Positions 1 through 15,800 of a DNA stretch of 64,000 nt are shown piece by piece. The stretch's first letter is position 1. Each line of letters starts with the position of its first letter. Made by a program: the position numbers and the translations under genes. The notes under the pieces are model-generated. The model was not told the DNA's origin. It saw only the letters and a list, made by a program, of their open reading frames with translations, and ran no database searches. Origin of the DNA: the human T2T-CHM13v2.0 reference genome, Homo sapiens; the NCBI RefSeq assembly GCF_009914755.1, contig NC_060947.1; one strand, 5' to 3'.

Positions 1-945
1 TCTTAACAATGTGTACAAGGTTAGTGCTCAAACCACTTCACTAGAGTAAATATTAATTTTACGTGTGATAGGCAAATGTATGTGGAGGGTTAGGGAACAA
101 CTTATTACCATTTATACTAATGGTTCACCTTCTATAAAAACAGTGAAGCTTGTTACATACGCACACTTGTTTGCTGCAATGTTTGGCAAATGATTTAAAG
201 GGTACAAAAGCAACTCATGCAGATTTCTTTCTGTTTGCCCCAGGAAAAACAGAGATCCTCAATTTTTCCCCAGTCTAGATAGGGCTGAGGCACCAATTTC
301 TAACCACATAATGAGAAGCACATGTCTCCAAGTCTTGACTCTCTTCCCAGGGAGACGCTGATTGCCAAAGCATAACCTCCCATTAAAAAGAGTGTTCCTG
401 AAGGTGGAATGTGTATCATTAACCAGTTACATTCACAACTCCCATTAGATGCTGAAGGGCAGTTCATTTTTCAAGGGCTCACTCAAGCAAATAACCAACA
501 GCCAATGTAGTCATTGGGTAGGATAAGCAGGCGGTAAGGGCTCTAACAGTGGAATCCTTGTCAGCGCAAAGGAACTTCTAAATGTTGCTTATGCCAACTG
601 CTCCCCTGCAGGCAATAGGAGATTGAGGCAAATCTCATTCCAACTAGTTTCTCACAATGGTTGCTGTCATATAGACCCTTCATTTGTCAAGAAAAACGAT
701 ATGAACATATTGGAAGTTTGCAGCATTTGCCTATGTCTAATCAGCTCTCTTAATTTGTGCAGATTTCTAAAATGGATGTAAAAGCTGGTTATGATATTGA
801 CAGCCAAAAGGCAAAAAAGATTAAATCAACTGAGCAAACTGCTTGATGCTCCACAAGTGTTTTAGAAAATAGTAAGTTAGAAAAGATGCAGACGTAATCC
901 TTTTGTTGGATGGTGGTGGTTGTTTTTACTTTGAGACTATTGGTT
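1..945 (-). other. TMEM47: TMEM47 3' UTR (partial, continues beyond the window)
   Basis: Follows the stop codon, repeat-free. No minus-strand AATAAA/ATTAAA seen in 1-945, so the poly(A) site is probably outside the window. Confidence 0.85.
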
Positions 946-1140
<195 letters not shown>

Positions 1141-1524
1141 TCAAAATTAGAAAATGTTATTTGCAGCAAATAAAATAATATAAATATGTAACTATATATG
1201 TATGAGAGTAACTTTGTAATCAAATATACATAAAAGCCAAAAATTTTAAAGATGGCTTGTTCTAGATGGTATACTTTAAAATACTAATAATTTTTTTGTT
1301 TAAATACCTTTTCCCAATATATAAGAATTATCCTATTAATTAGTAAATCATTATTAGTATAGATAAAATAATTAGTGCAATATAATAATTTATATGAGCA
1401 TACAAAGTAGTGATTTTCACCTTAAAAATATAATTATCATTATTATTATGGCAAGTAGTACTAGTTAAACTAAATTGTGCCACTAATAAACCGTATAAGT
1501 AGCTCCTCAAGAATAGTGACCCCA

Positions 1525-1875
<351 letters not shown>

Positions 1876-2603
1876 TTATGCTATTAAGGAATTAGGAAAT
1901 TCAAATTAATTTCTACTGATGCAACTGGTCATCCTGTGAGTGATAATGTGCTTTTGATGTTGTTGCTGCTTTGCAATACTAACTCAGCCCAATATGCCAG
2001 AAAGTCTCACCATGATGTCTTTGCTTACATTACTCTGATCCAAAGCTACTTTCATTATTTTCTTCTCATCCACTCTATGCCTCTTGTCTTTAAAAAGTGG
2101 CTTAAAAGTTATTAACAGATGATATTTTCATATCTGTTTTCCACCTACTTTCAAAAAAGAATTAAGTCGATAAAGGCAAGAGAGATAATGGTACAGGAAA
2201 ACCTAGGCCAATTATGGCTACTGTAACAGAGGTCAAAACTTAGCTCTTAGTCCCTGGTTAGATCCTACTTCTGTCAGGGCCAAAGGGGAAATATGATTAG
2301 TCATACCGAATAAAATAAACCAAAATAATCAGGAAGGGAATGTTTATTTTGTTTTTGTTTTGTTTTGTGTTGTTTCTACTATCTAAAATAAAATGAAATT
2401 TATGTTGTGGATATGCACAAGACATAATGTCTTCCACTTAAAATTCTTAACTTCCTATTAGATCAATTATTATGTAATTTTATTTTAATTAGTTTAACTA
2501 CAATTAGTTAACTACAGCTTCATTCTCTACCATAGGACAGCTTCCACCCTCAAGAAATAGACAATCTTTTTCCCTAAAAAATACAGAGTACAGTTATATT
2601 TAA

Positions 2604-2801
2604 CAGGGGTTGGCAAACTACCAAATCTGGTCTGCTTTTTGTTTTTGAAAAAGTTTTACTGGAACACAGCCACACTCATTCATTTACGTATTTTCTATGC
2701 AACAATGGCAGAGTTGAGAAGCTGCAAAAGAAACCACACAGCTCACAAAGCCAAAAGTATTTACTTTCTTGCCCTTAACAAAAAAAGTTTGCTAACCTCT
2801 G
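2604..2801. mobile_element. MER58A-like hAT-Charlie MITE
   Basis: TIRs CAGGGGTTGGCAAACT ... AGTTTGCTAACCTCTG; degenerate 8-bp TSD atatttaa/atatatga. Confidence 0.85.
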
Positions 2802-3694
2802 ATATATGAAATAATTTTAGGGGGTAAAATAATTTTTGTTTAATTCATCTGAAAAGAACAAAAATGTGAATAATTAAAGAAAAGGAGGGAACAAACTGAC
2901 ATAGTAAAACTATATACATAAATAGTTTTGATATCGCTTATATGTTTTAAAAAAGAACACTAGGATGGATAGAGTGTTTAATTAAAATGGAATTTTATGT
3001 TTTAAAATGTACTCTCATCTATTTTTAGCCCATGTAAAAGATTATTACCAGTATGATGAAGATTCCTAGAAAGTCTACATAACAGTCATCTTTCTCTCCC
3101 ATAAAACTGATGAAATACAGCAAATTCATGAGGAAATGATTCCTCAAAATTTCTTTCTATAAGGCTCTGGCTAGGTGTCAAAGGACCGACCTAGAACTAG
3201 ATATAAAAACACCCAACATTTCTGCCGTGTAGCACAACACTGCTGAGTCAGCACTTTGCCTACCATTACTACTGAGAGTGGATACACAAGTAAGTTTGTA
3301 TAAGAGGATACCCTACTGATATCCAAAATAGAAATCAGACCTTCTCAGAAAAGGTTTTGGTTGTTGTTAGGACTCAGCTGACGGCATATTGTATGACCCA
3401 CACTTCATCTATTTCCAGTTAGTAAGTGCTAAAATGTGCATTAATTTTAAAAAAAGCCCAGTTGGCTCTTTGCCTTTGTGAGGAAAAGGGAGCTTTCATG
3501 TTTTAAATGTCTTAAAACTAACAAGAAGTCAATTACTATCAACCATAACTACAGAGAAGAAAATTCCAAAGTTGCCAAGTACATTTGAAAAAAAAAAGGC
3601 ACTTCTCCTTAGGTTTCTATACTCTGTTCACTCGTCAAATCTGTACTGATCCTACCAGGATATGACTGAAACAAGAATGTGGGTTAGGTATAGT

Positions 3695-4310
3695 AATTCA
3701 TTTACTCATTCAATAAATGCATCCATTCAATAAATATCTGAATGTTTCTAAAGCGATACAGTTTAAGGCATTATTGCTATCAAAAGAGACAAAGCTGCTA
3801 CTCTCATGGGTAGTCAGTCCATTAGTAAACAAATATAGAATATAATGTCACATATTGCTAAGAGACAAGAAATGCAAGAAAGCAGACAGAACACAGGGAT
3901 GAGGGCTGCTCTTTTAGATCAATCGTGAGAGAAGGCTGCTCTGAGGAGGAGATATTGAGCACAGATCTGAATGAATTGGGGGTGCAGAACAACATAGTGG
4001 GGACTGAGCATTCCCACGTGAAAGGCATAGGCACTGCAAAACTCCCATCACAGGAGCATATCTGGTGCACTGGAACAGAAGTCAGAAGGCTGTGATTGCA
4101 GTACAGAGAGCAGGAAGGGAGAAGCATGAGATATGATGGAAGAAACAGCAGGGGCCCTTCGTGGTTCATGGACAGCCTGTGAACCATATCTGGGGTCTAG
4201 ATTTTATTCTACGTGTGACAGGCAGCTGGTAGAAGAGTTTGAGCAGAGAAGTAATAACTAATCTGAATTACTCTAAAATGATTACACTGCTTCTTTTGTG
4301 AACTGACTAG
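3695..4310 (-). mobile_element. L2 3' fragment
   Basis: cattcaataaatat tail motif followed by typical purine-rich L2 antisense body (gatttgaat..., agattttattct). Confidence 0.75.
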
Positions 4311-5084
4311 TCCCTGGAGTGAGGTGTTTACCTACGCTGCTTTTAATATTCATTTCAACGTGTTTTATTTAGCAAATATTTGGCCTCCATGGTATAATAT
4401 AATGATATAATTTCCCTCTAGTGGAAAAATGGAAATACAACTCCATTAGGCCCTACTGGCATACTCTCCCGAACAACTTTCTTAGACTTTTATTGTGTTG
4501 GAGCTCAATAAAAATTACTGTAAAACACTTCATGCCTCTGAATTATTCGACTCCCTTTGGAATCACAGAGAAAAATGAATGTAATAGCAAAACTGAGAAA
4601 AATATAATTCTGCATTTGTAAATAATTTTCTCCATGTAATAAAATTCACAGATGTAGGTAAAAATGCCTCCTTGCCTTTCATAGATGCTGTAGAGGGAAG
4701 AAAAAAAAAACATAAAGAGTTCAGAAGTCAGGAAAATGCCATTATACTATATTTCTATTTTACTACCAATCAATGAAACAAAATAGGCATTGGATATGGT
4801 ATTCTCTATGCTCTTCCTCAAAGATAACATAGGTACAGCTCTGGAACATTTTAGAATCTTAAGAGATTTGGGGTTCATTTTATGCCCCCTGCACTTTTTT
4901 GAAAACAGGCAATGAAACTACTAACCATGAAATTGTGTGGATCAGAGGCATGACGGGAATGTAGACCTACTAATTCTTGTGTTTTATTCTAGTTTTAAAG
5001 GGATATTTTTCAGTGTTTTCAACACTAAAATATTCAAAGCATTGATATTGAAATATTCAATATTTTCTTCTAAGAAGGACATTT

Positions 5085-5500
5085 CACTATTTTGATAAAC
5101 ATATATTGGGTGCCTACTGTGTGCTAGATGAAGGGGATAAGATAGATAAGACATGGCCCTCGCCCTTTGATGATTCATACTCTGATGGTGGAGACAGGCA
5201 CACAAGTAATTATAAATCAACGCATTCAACAGCAATAGTAGAGGCATGCATGTTTGTTTATAATATGTTCAACACACATTTACTGAGCTCAAACATTGTG
5301 CCAAGTACTGATTCAGCTTAGAGAAAGAAAGGAGGGCTTCAGAGGGACATCATTTGAATTGGTTCTTAAAGGATGGATGAAAGGTGGTCAGAAGAGGCAG
5401 AGGAAAGAAAAGACGTCTAGGAAGACGAAGCATATTCTATAGTGCTTACAGCTATTAAGAGAGTATGGCTAGAAGCAATTTGCATGGGTAAAATGAAGGG
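5085..5500 (-). mobile_element. L2 fragments
   Basis: tattgggtgcctactgtgtgctag and catttactgagc...tgtgcca L2 3'-end motifs. Confidence 0.6.
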
Positions 5501-5601
5501 CGCATGCACAAGGCTGTTTAGTTCATACTATAATACCATAGTGTTTCATAAAGTAATAAACTTTTGTTTCTCTAGGGAGACCATCTGCGAGGTTATTGTA
5601 A

Positions 5602-6095
5602 TTGTATATGCGGTTGGTGTCCTATCCATATATTTTTATCTTCCCCACTTCAGTACATGCTACCCTGACTTCCAATTGCCAGCACCTGTATTTCTTTGCC
5701 TGAGTTACCTCTGGCCACTAAAGCCTCTTCAGCTGCCTATGGGGCAGGCCAGGTCCAGAAAATTAACACTGCTCTCCCTTGATTATAACCGACATTTCTC
5801 AACCAATGACGCTCCAAATTTGGTGCATTAATACTCCAGCTCCGTAGTCCTCTGAATGAGATTATTCTCGAGGTGCGTGTTCTACACCGGTTTTTAAAGT
5901 TTCCCCAAGAAGATTAAGCTCCAGCTGCTTCGAGTGACAACTGGCTTGATAATGTAACCTTTTAATGGCTGCTTTCCCATTCCTGTCTCATTTTCCATAC
6001 TCTTTATCATATCCCTTCTTCTACCTTACAAATAAAGTATATGCACTTGATTTCTCGTCTCAGGGTTTGCTTCTGAAGAAATCAAAGGGACAAGT
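5602..6095 (+). mobile_element. ERVL solo LTR (LTR33-like)
   Basis: gacttccaattgccagcacctgtatttctttgcctgag core; AATAAA followed by tctcagggtttgcttctg 3' end. Confidence 0.7.
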
Positions 6096-7569
6096 GACAA
6101 GACCAGATGTTTATGTCACAAGGAGACCTCATGTGTTGTATCCAAGACAGATTACATGGGGAAGAGATTAGAGAAGGACAGGCCCCTAGAAGGTCATTCA
6201 GTGTGTGGGGACCTGTAGGCAGTGATGACTAAGGTGTCATCAGTGGGAAAGAAAAGTCAGGGAATCTAAAGAAAGACTAAAAGAAAGAACTGAAAAACTA
6301 GATACTCAACAAGGCAAAATAAAGGAGTCACATAAACATCTTAAAACAGTCAGATATTGCCATAGAAAAACAAAATAAAGTAGGGGAAGACCAAATTTGG
6401 GGAATGAGACGTTCCATGTAGGGAAAAGTTGTGGCCTCGACTAAGGCAATAATGATGGTGTACGAAAAAAGGTACAAAATTAGGAGATAATTTAAAGGCA
6501 AAGGTTGATAGGCCCTACCAGCCAGGTTGGTCCCTAAATATAAAATTGACATAAAAGAAACAATGATTTGGAGAATAAAAAGCATTTGCCAGTGGAAGGT
6601 TAATATGAAGGTATCCATTTCTTTTCTTTTTAAAATTTAATTTGTAACTACTAGTGGCAGCAGTATGAAATTAATTATTGGGAAGTGATACTGTAAATTG
6701 TTCTAGCCGAAGTGTAGTTTGATAACGGTACAGGGAAATTAACATGTAATATAAATATCCTGAATAGAAGAACTCTCTTTTAGTTTGAAATCTAAACTGG
6801 ACACTGATTTTTCTACCAAAATCTAGACTTGAAATGGTTCCAGCTATCTCACTGTGACTTATAGGATGGTGATGAGGGCTGTAAGACACAAGCCTCCAAT
6901 CAGAGATAGCTCAGAGATGGAAATCAGCTGCAGGACCCTGAAAAAACATCACCTTTCTATAAAAACAATCCTTATAGGAGGCTTTCTGCAGATATAACAT
7001 AAAGAATCATCCTTAATAACATAATGAATGGGGATTCTGTATGTAAAATCGAATTATAAAAGAGAATTTTCTGCAATTTGTATTAAAGGCCTTGGAAAGA
7101 AAGAAAACACTCATCCTATATTCCTGTGGGACATACAAATGACCTGCGGATAGTTCAAAAGTAGACAATAAAAGAAGAGAACGTGGCAAGAGGCAGTCCC
7201 TCTAATTTCACCAAGTCTTTAGTGAGAACTGGATGCCAGTTATCAGAATCACATCATATATTACCTATCACTGTCAGTTACACAAAAAGAAATACGCTGT
7301 AGTCAACTGTACTGGAAATGTGCACAACTTTCATTATGTGCTATGGTGCAGTCATGCTGCATCAATCAGTTTGTGGTCTTTATGACATCTCAAGGTACTA
7401 AATGCCTTCAGGTGTTGCTCCCGAGAAACGGAGTAACTGGAGTTACAGGACGGACTCCAACTGCAGTGCACAGTTGGCAACTGAATTCAAAATCAAGGCT
7501 GATTCTGCACTGATTTTTCCAATATGTGATATGTACTGAAGTAAAGATAACTGGGGAATCCTCATTCGG

Positions 7570-7800
7570 GCTTTCAAGTCAGATAGGTATCCTGAATTTA
7601 AACCCTAGATGTACAACTTACTAGTTAAAATGACCTTGGGAAATTACTTAATTTTTCTGAACCTGTTTCTTCATTGATAATACGGAGAAAATAAATATCT
7701 AACTTTGAGATTGTTATATCAGAGACAGTGTATGTTAAGTGTCTAGCACGTGGCACATGACAGGTGCTTAATTAATCATTCTTATCAGCATTATTATTAT
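7570..7800 (+). mobile_element. MIR
   Basis: MIR core tgaccttgggaaattacttaa...ctgtttcttcat. Confidence 0.8.
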
Positions 7801-8494
7801 AAAAATATCTAATTCTGAAGTCTAGATTTATAGGACTGGTGAGAAAGAGAGTTGTGGAAAAAAGGACAGTGTTTTAGATGGGCTACAGCAATGGCTAGCT
7901 CTTAGCTATTCTAGCAACTATTCAAGAAGGTAATAAGCCCGCCCTAAATAAAAGACCTCAGAGAAAAAAAAAAGAAGACAAAATCTTTATAATCTGTTTG
8001 GCTATCTTTATGAGACTTAATTATCAGTTTTCAGTAAAAACCCTTAGAGTATATTTTATAACACCAAGACTGTCTACTTGTATAGTGTAAGTGCCCAACA
8101 TATTTATTAAATAAATAAAAACATAAATATATGAAAAAACATCCTTTTGATATTTATTACTTTTTTGAGGTCTTTTGGTCTTAGCTTTGTAGTCATGTGA
8201 AACTAGCTGCTTCCTAAGACCCCAAAAGAGAAATTGCTTAAAAAAAACCCTTCATTACAGTTACTTATTTGTTTACATGCCTGTTTTACCCCACCAGATT
8301 ATGAGCTACATGCCTTAGTCATTTTTATATCATTCATTCAAAAACTATTTATTGAGTGTATATGAGTACCAGGCATAGCACACGGTACTAAATCAAGTAA
8401 GTGTGAAGTCTCGGATAGAGATGTTTCCAAGCGGTAGTAGTAATGTGTCTGTTTTGATTTTATGTACTGCACATGTCTCGGCAGAAAAAGGTAC

Positions 8495-8678
<184 letters not shown>

Positions 8679-8784
8679 TAGTGAGTATCTGTGGTGATAC
8701 TGTGGCCAGTTTTATAGGTGTCTAATACTGTGTTTAGCCTGTAATAGGCATCTAAGAAATAGTTGCATAAATAAGTGAGGAAGT

Positions 8785-8920
8785 CAGTGGTTAATGAACC
8801 ACTAGATTAAGATTCAGAAGCCTCCCAGGCCCAGGTCTGCCAGTAGCTACTATGCGATCTTGAGCAAGTCACTTAAAGATTTGAATTAGATGTACTTCTG
8901 GATTCCTTCAGCCCTTTGGA
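8785..8920 (+). mobile_element. MIR fragment
   Basis: tgcgatcttgagcaagtcacttaa core. Confidence 0.65.
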
Positions 8921-9840
8921 CCTTCATTTTTATGACACCCCCAATTCTGACCAGCCTTCATGGGTATAAGAAAATGAACACAAACAGTAGGGGGCAGCAG
9001 AACACTTCTGTTTTGTATTTTTAGCTCCAACTACCCTTTAAATCCTGAGAAATTTCATCTATTCCAATCTTGAAACAGCTTTTAAAAATCCATCTAACAG
9101 CCTAGATGGTTTTGTCAGTGTCTTCATTATTGATAGTCACAGAAGCTTACTTTGCAGTCTTCAAATCAGATATGACTGACAGGGCAAACTGAAGGCACCA
9201 CAGAATATTGCAGTTTGAGTCAAAAAGAACAATATATTCAAAGGTATTTTTATAAATGAAAATTAAAGCTCACATCAAATCATGTATTGGGCTTTTAGTC
9301 TGCAAGCCCCTTTTCTAAACAGTCCCGTCTTTTCATTTCATTGGTTGATATTTTAATCCAAGCTGTGCTTCATACAATGATGGTTGATAAATTAATTAAC
9401 ATACAATTGACTTCATATAATTGACTTGTCTAATGGTTGGAGTCATACATCACACATTTTCAAAGAGATATACATCTTTAAGGGTAAACATTTTGGAATT
9501 TGTTTTCAGTTCCTTATCAGAAAAAATAATGCTGCCTTAAGATCACCAGGGGAGCAGTAAAAAAGGGGAAAAAACTGGATGTAAAAGACTGTTAGTAAAT
9601 ACACCTGCTGCAATTCCTAAGGTAATAGCCCTGTCAGGCAGTATTATTTGTTCATGCTTTAGTCAGAGGTTTAGAAGCTGCCATTGTGCTCTGTGAAATG
9701 CTTAACACACTGAAAACTGATAATCTGATAAACCTTTAGCCAAGTTACCTTAAAAATATAGTAAATGCCTCTCAATTTTTACGTAATGCAGCAAACACAT
9801 ACCTCTTCTGCATAGGAAAGGAAGATGGTAGAAAGGTTCA

Positions 9841-10134
<294 letters not shown>

Positions 10135-10329
10135 CTAAGCATCCTTTGGGGTTTGAAATGTTTTGCAACAAAAATGAATAGGAAATGTCCTTATTCAGAA
10201 AAGTCTCCTATGCTAAGCTCAGCAGAGTTTTAGACCAGGGGTTTGCTAGGATTTTCTTCCAAGGACTCTATTATGCATTCATGTTAAATCAAGTGTCCCC
10301 TCCATGACCTATTTTCAATATTATTATGA

Positions 10330-10680
10330 TTTAAATTTTTATCGAGCAATAAAGTTCACAAATCTTAAGTATAGAAAGTAGAGAAGTTGATGAATTCTTA
10401 TAGATATTTATACACCATCCAGATTAAAATACAGGGCATTTCTATCACCCAGATTTTTCTCTTGCGCCCCTTCCCAGTCAATAATGACCCTCCCACCTGG
10501 GCTACTGAGGACATCCGTCACCACAGATTGAGTTCTGCCTTCTGTTAAACTTCATATAAATGGTATGAACTATTTTGTGTCTGGCTTTTAAGTTTCTCAT
10601 ATTCATCCATGCTGCATGTGACAGTAGTATATTCTTTTTTTTATTGCTATTTCTTGGAAAGCCTTCCTTAACCATATAAA
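10330..10680 (-). mobile_element. Old L1M (L1ME-like) 3' fragment
   Basis: cttcccagtcaat, ttctgcct...cttcatataaatgg and attcatccatgctg motifs. Confidence 0.7.
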
Positions 10681-11920
10681 AATCTCCAAAGTTTTTATTT
10701 GTCTCTCCTCCACTCCCTCTAAAACAACTCCCCATCAAATTAGCATCAGGAATATTGTTTGTTTTTTCCACTTCTTTTTTATTTGATTCTAGTTTCACTG
10801 CTGTATTTACCATCACGGGTGTGGTTTCTAAAATTAAGTATTCCCAGGGAGCCAGAATGGACTCTGAATGGCTGCTCGGCCCCTTCATTCATACACGGAA
10901 ACAGTAAGCATATATTGACCACTTACTATGTGCAGGCCTCTGTTCACAGATACTTCCAAACAGTTTCTCACACTCTTAGTGACACATAAACCTTATTGAA
11001 ATGCATTCATTTCTTATAAAACAAAAATGTAGAAATAGTATGATGAAAAACTGGCCCATTTTCCATTCATAAGAATGGTAAAATATTCTCTCAGAAGAGA
11101 CAAAGTGAATCTATGAAAGTACTATACAGGTTGGGAAACATCATATAAAACGATACTATGGAGAGCAGCAGTTGTTTAAAAGCCCCAAGCGCCTCTTCTG
11201 GCCCTCAGTTTAATGTAAGTGCAGAAAATGCAAATGGATTTTAATCTATCATTAAATTGCAATGGATTCTATCCTAAGTCCAGAAGTCATGATATTTTGA
11301 TGCTTCCCTCTGAAATTATCCCCCCAGAAAGCTTCCAAAATGCACTCTTTGTTACGGTAGGATAAACGATGAGCAGAGGAATTGCCAATACCCTAAGATT
11401 TTCTTTTATTTATATTTGTACATCCCTGCCTCAAGCATCCTCTTCCACATCTTCCCCTCCTACGAAATTGTGGAAGCTTCACAGGCTCTCAACTAGAACT
11501 TGCACTGCAATCAAGAAACAAACAAACAAGGGGAAATTGAACAAATCCAAACTTCTTAAAATATAAAGATGAGTCACAACAAAGTGGAGAGCATCTTCTT
11601 AATGCCATCTATTTGTAACAAAGCCATACAACTTCAAACAAAAGTAGATCTGGCTTTTAACTAGAAGTTAAAAGGCTAGCCATACTGGGCTTTTTTATTC
11701 CATAACAGCATGTAGCTTTGAATTAAAAAGCCAAAAAAAAAAAAAAATAGTCCTTACATTTGAAGTCTCTAAATTTCTTGGGAAAAGTTTACACAAGTGC
11801 ACAATTATATTGCACTTTGGCATGATGGAAATCCTTCTAAAAACAGGTGTGTAAATTGAAATTTCTGAATTAAAAAAATCAAAGTTTAATTATATAAAAG
11901 TGTACAATGAAAAAAATAAA

Positions 11921-11947
11921 ATCCATCCATCCATCCATCCATCCATC
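11921..11947 (+). repeat. (ATCC)n microsatellite
   Basis: Six-plus perfect ATCC units. Confidence 0.9.
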
Positions 11948-12344
11948 TATGCAATTCCTGGAGAGTTTGATTAAGAAAGCCTATGCTCCATATGTTCTAG
12001 TTGGTCTATTACTCTTATAGAACGATTATTACTGTTAGCAACTTTCCCTAAATTATTTTACATAAGTAAAAACTTTAAAGCATTGGATTCATTTAAATCA
12101 AAATGTAACTAAATATCTACCCATATAAAATATCTTAAAGTGAAAGTGCAATAGATTGTTTTTTCCTGATTAGCTCTTTCACATAGCTCAGTGTGAAAAA
12201 AAATGCCACACATTTGACTCTTCACTTTCAGCCATAATTCAAACAGGAATGAATTTTGATCACTTTTCTCTATTTTAAATATCCTCAAAAAAATAGCTAA
12301 AATACACGTTTTGCATTTTGTAAAGACAGACTAAGGTAGAAAAT

Positions 12345-12870
<526 letters not shown>

Positions 12871-15800
12871 ATACTTTATTTAGCATTTCAAATGTTGAAC
12901 TTTTTTCTAGGCAAAGATCTTTTAAACTACAAAACACACAATGAAGTTAATTTAATAAATGAATAATACAGGAGTGCAAAGTGATGCTTAACCAATATAG
13001 CGAGAGAAAATTCCAAAAAATTCCTAATCGCATATTGCTACATTTCCTCAATATAGCAATTCTTCATTTCATTTGAAAAACCAGTAAAATGCTATAGTAG
13101 AAAGCACCAGGAGAATAAAAGTAAAAGGGACTAGAACCTAATTAGAAAAAGAACCTCCTATAGCATAGGAAATACTTCTAAAAAGTAGATAAACATAATC
13201 AGTTCTGGATTTTCTTCTAAATGTCCTATGTTTATTTTCAGCACTGAGGTTGTGGCTAATGACAAAGTTACCCTAGATGTAAAGTCAACAAGGAGAATCA
13301 TCAGCATTACCACTGTTGTGATATTTCTACCTTTCCTTTGGTCCACAACCAGAGATATGACTGCTCAAACAGAAAAGCTATTTTATTTTCCAAAAGAAAC
13401 TAGAAATGGGCCATGACTGCCACTGTTCTGGCCAAAACCTGGGGCTTAGACTGGATTATTGAGACTATATCCCTGGCGAATGGTGCCAAGTTTTAGAATT
13501 GTTGTCATTATATCCATTTGGAATGATTCACTCAGGCCAGTTGCCCAGCACCAAAACTTTAAATTGCTGATCAGTTTAACCTCGATCAGGAAGCTGAAAA
13601 AGTGGTTCGATATGGCTATCATAGTCAAGGAGGTCTGAGGTGCATTTCAAGGTTCAGTGTGGGTACTTTGGAGCTGCAAACAGGGCCTGTGGCATCATAT
13701 CTCTTTCAGTAAACAACTAGAATCCATTGTCCAAATAATAGTGCCAGCCTAAGAGGTGAACTAAAATCAAGGACTATGTAAATCAGCCAGTTACCATTTC
13801 CCTCTCTCTTACTGAACAAGACTAAGATATGGGGAGTAAAAAAAAGTGAAAAATATTTTATAGACACCTACTAATGGCTATTAAAATAATAGGCTGGGCT
13901 TTACATTGACACAGTTAGACAGATATTTACTTACCATCCGAAGTCCAATACTAGATTTAGCAAGAACATATACATAAGACTTGGACAATTTTATAGTAAT
14001 TTTATAAGAGACCAGAAAACTTGTTCTACCCTGACTTTTCCACCAAAAGATTTGCATGCCACAAATACCTGCTAACCTACACTCAGTGTTTGCAAAACAA
14101 ATTAAAATTTCATAAAATTCTCTGTTTCCAGCACCATTTCTTCAAAAAAGTCATGCATTTTAAGTTTTCACAATCAGTTAATTTCTATATCAATTTTAGT
14201 TGTCCAATTATAGCCTTCACAGTATTTAGTCAGATGAGTTAAGAGTCTGTAAAGATTTATTACTCTGCATTAGTTTTCTACCTTTCTATAAATAATATAC
14301 CAATACTATAGTGGAACAGTAAACACAAACCAGACCTGCAGAACATCAATGAACATGGTACTGTTTTACAAATTGCAGTGCTCTGCACAATTAAAATGGG
14401 CCATTGTTCAATGTCACGCCAGCTGATTGGAAACCTGAGTTTGGTTTCTGAGACCACAGAGAACAGGTGATAATCAGTTTTGAGGAAATAACATACATCC
14501 TTGGTTGATAAATTGGTGAGGGCTCGAATGGGATGGGAGGCATGTTTTGGATCTGAAAACCAAACCTGAAATCAGGCTGCCATGTTACGTGTCAGGTTCT
14601 CTCAAAAGAATTTTGGCAAAATTGACACAGTGACACACTGGGGGCATTCAAACTGCACCGAAAGAAGTGGAGGCTCAAGATAAGTGTATGCTTCTCTACT
14701 AGTGTTTTCTATAACAGGAAAAAAAAAGTAAAAAGAAAAAAAAACTCCAGGAAAATACATACACATAATGTTATATTCCCCTTGCAGTTACAAGATAAAA
14801 ATCGGGCAGTCCCTATACTACACCATCAAGTTTAACATTAACATGCAACTCAGGAACTGATTTCAAGTCCTCTTTCAAGGTATTTTTATTAGCTGGCATC
14901 AGAGTTTCCAATGTCTATAAACAGTTTAGTATTCTGCAGAATTGTGCTGACTTATTTTAGCATTGTAACATATGAGACTGGCCTGAAATCGCCACTGCAT
15001 TATGAAAATTCTATGGACCACATTATAACTGTCCAATTGGAGAATTATCATTCCCTTAGGGAATTCATGATCAAAAGTCACTTCCAATTTTCAGAAAAGA
15101 CAAAATTTTAACAAGGATACATTTTCGATATTTTTGAGCCAAGGGCAATGCACAAAACCAGTTCCTAAAGCTTTCTGCCTCCACTCACCTCATTTAGAAA
15201 CCTTTCACTTGTCAAACACTGGCTAATTTATTTACCTCTGTAGCTACTGGTTATATGCTGAGATTCTTTCTACTATATGTAAATCCCTGAGCACATAATG
15301 CCTATTTCCTTTAGAAAATTAGATATAATTAAAAAGCAATGGAAAAACAAGTTTTTAACCTCATAAACAGAAGTCCTACTGTTTAGGTGGGTAGTATTCC
15401 CCTCAATGTATTCCGTTGTTTTTATGGATGATTCTCGCTTTTCTATCATTCTCATCACAAATTAAAACACTGATTTTTAAATCACACTCACATTTGTCAG
15501 ACTGGCACTTGTATTTTCATTTTTGAACCCCTCCAAAAGGAAATTATATTAACTAAAATGATATCTATAACTGCAATAAAATAATTCACCAGACAACTTA
15601 GAACAATGATTTTTTTACCTATCATCTTGAATTACAAGTTATATACAAATTCTTCCTAATTCACCCAAACAGACTGGATTATTTTCACTCATTCCCAGCA
15701 AACATTCAGCTTTTCTAAACACTTGTATTCATTTGTAGGACATATTTATAGCAAAACATTTAAATTACATTGTTGAGAACATAGTTAAGTTAGTATTGCC

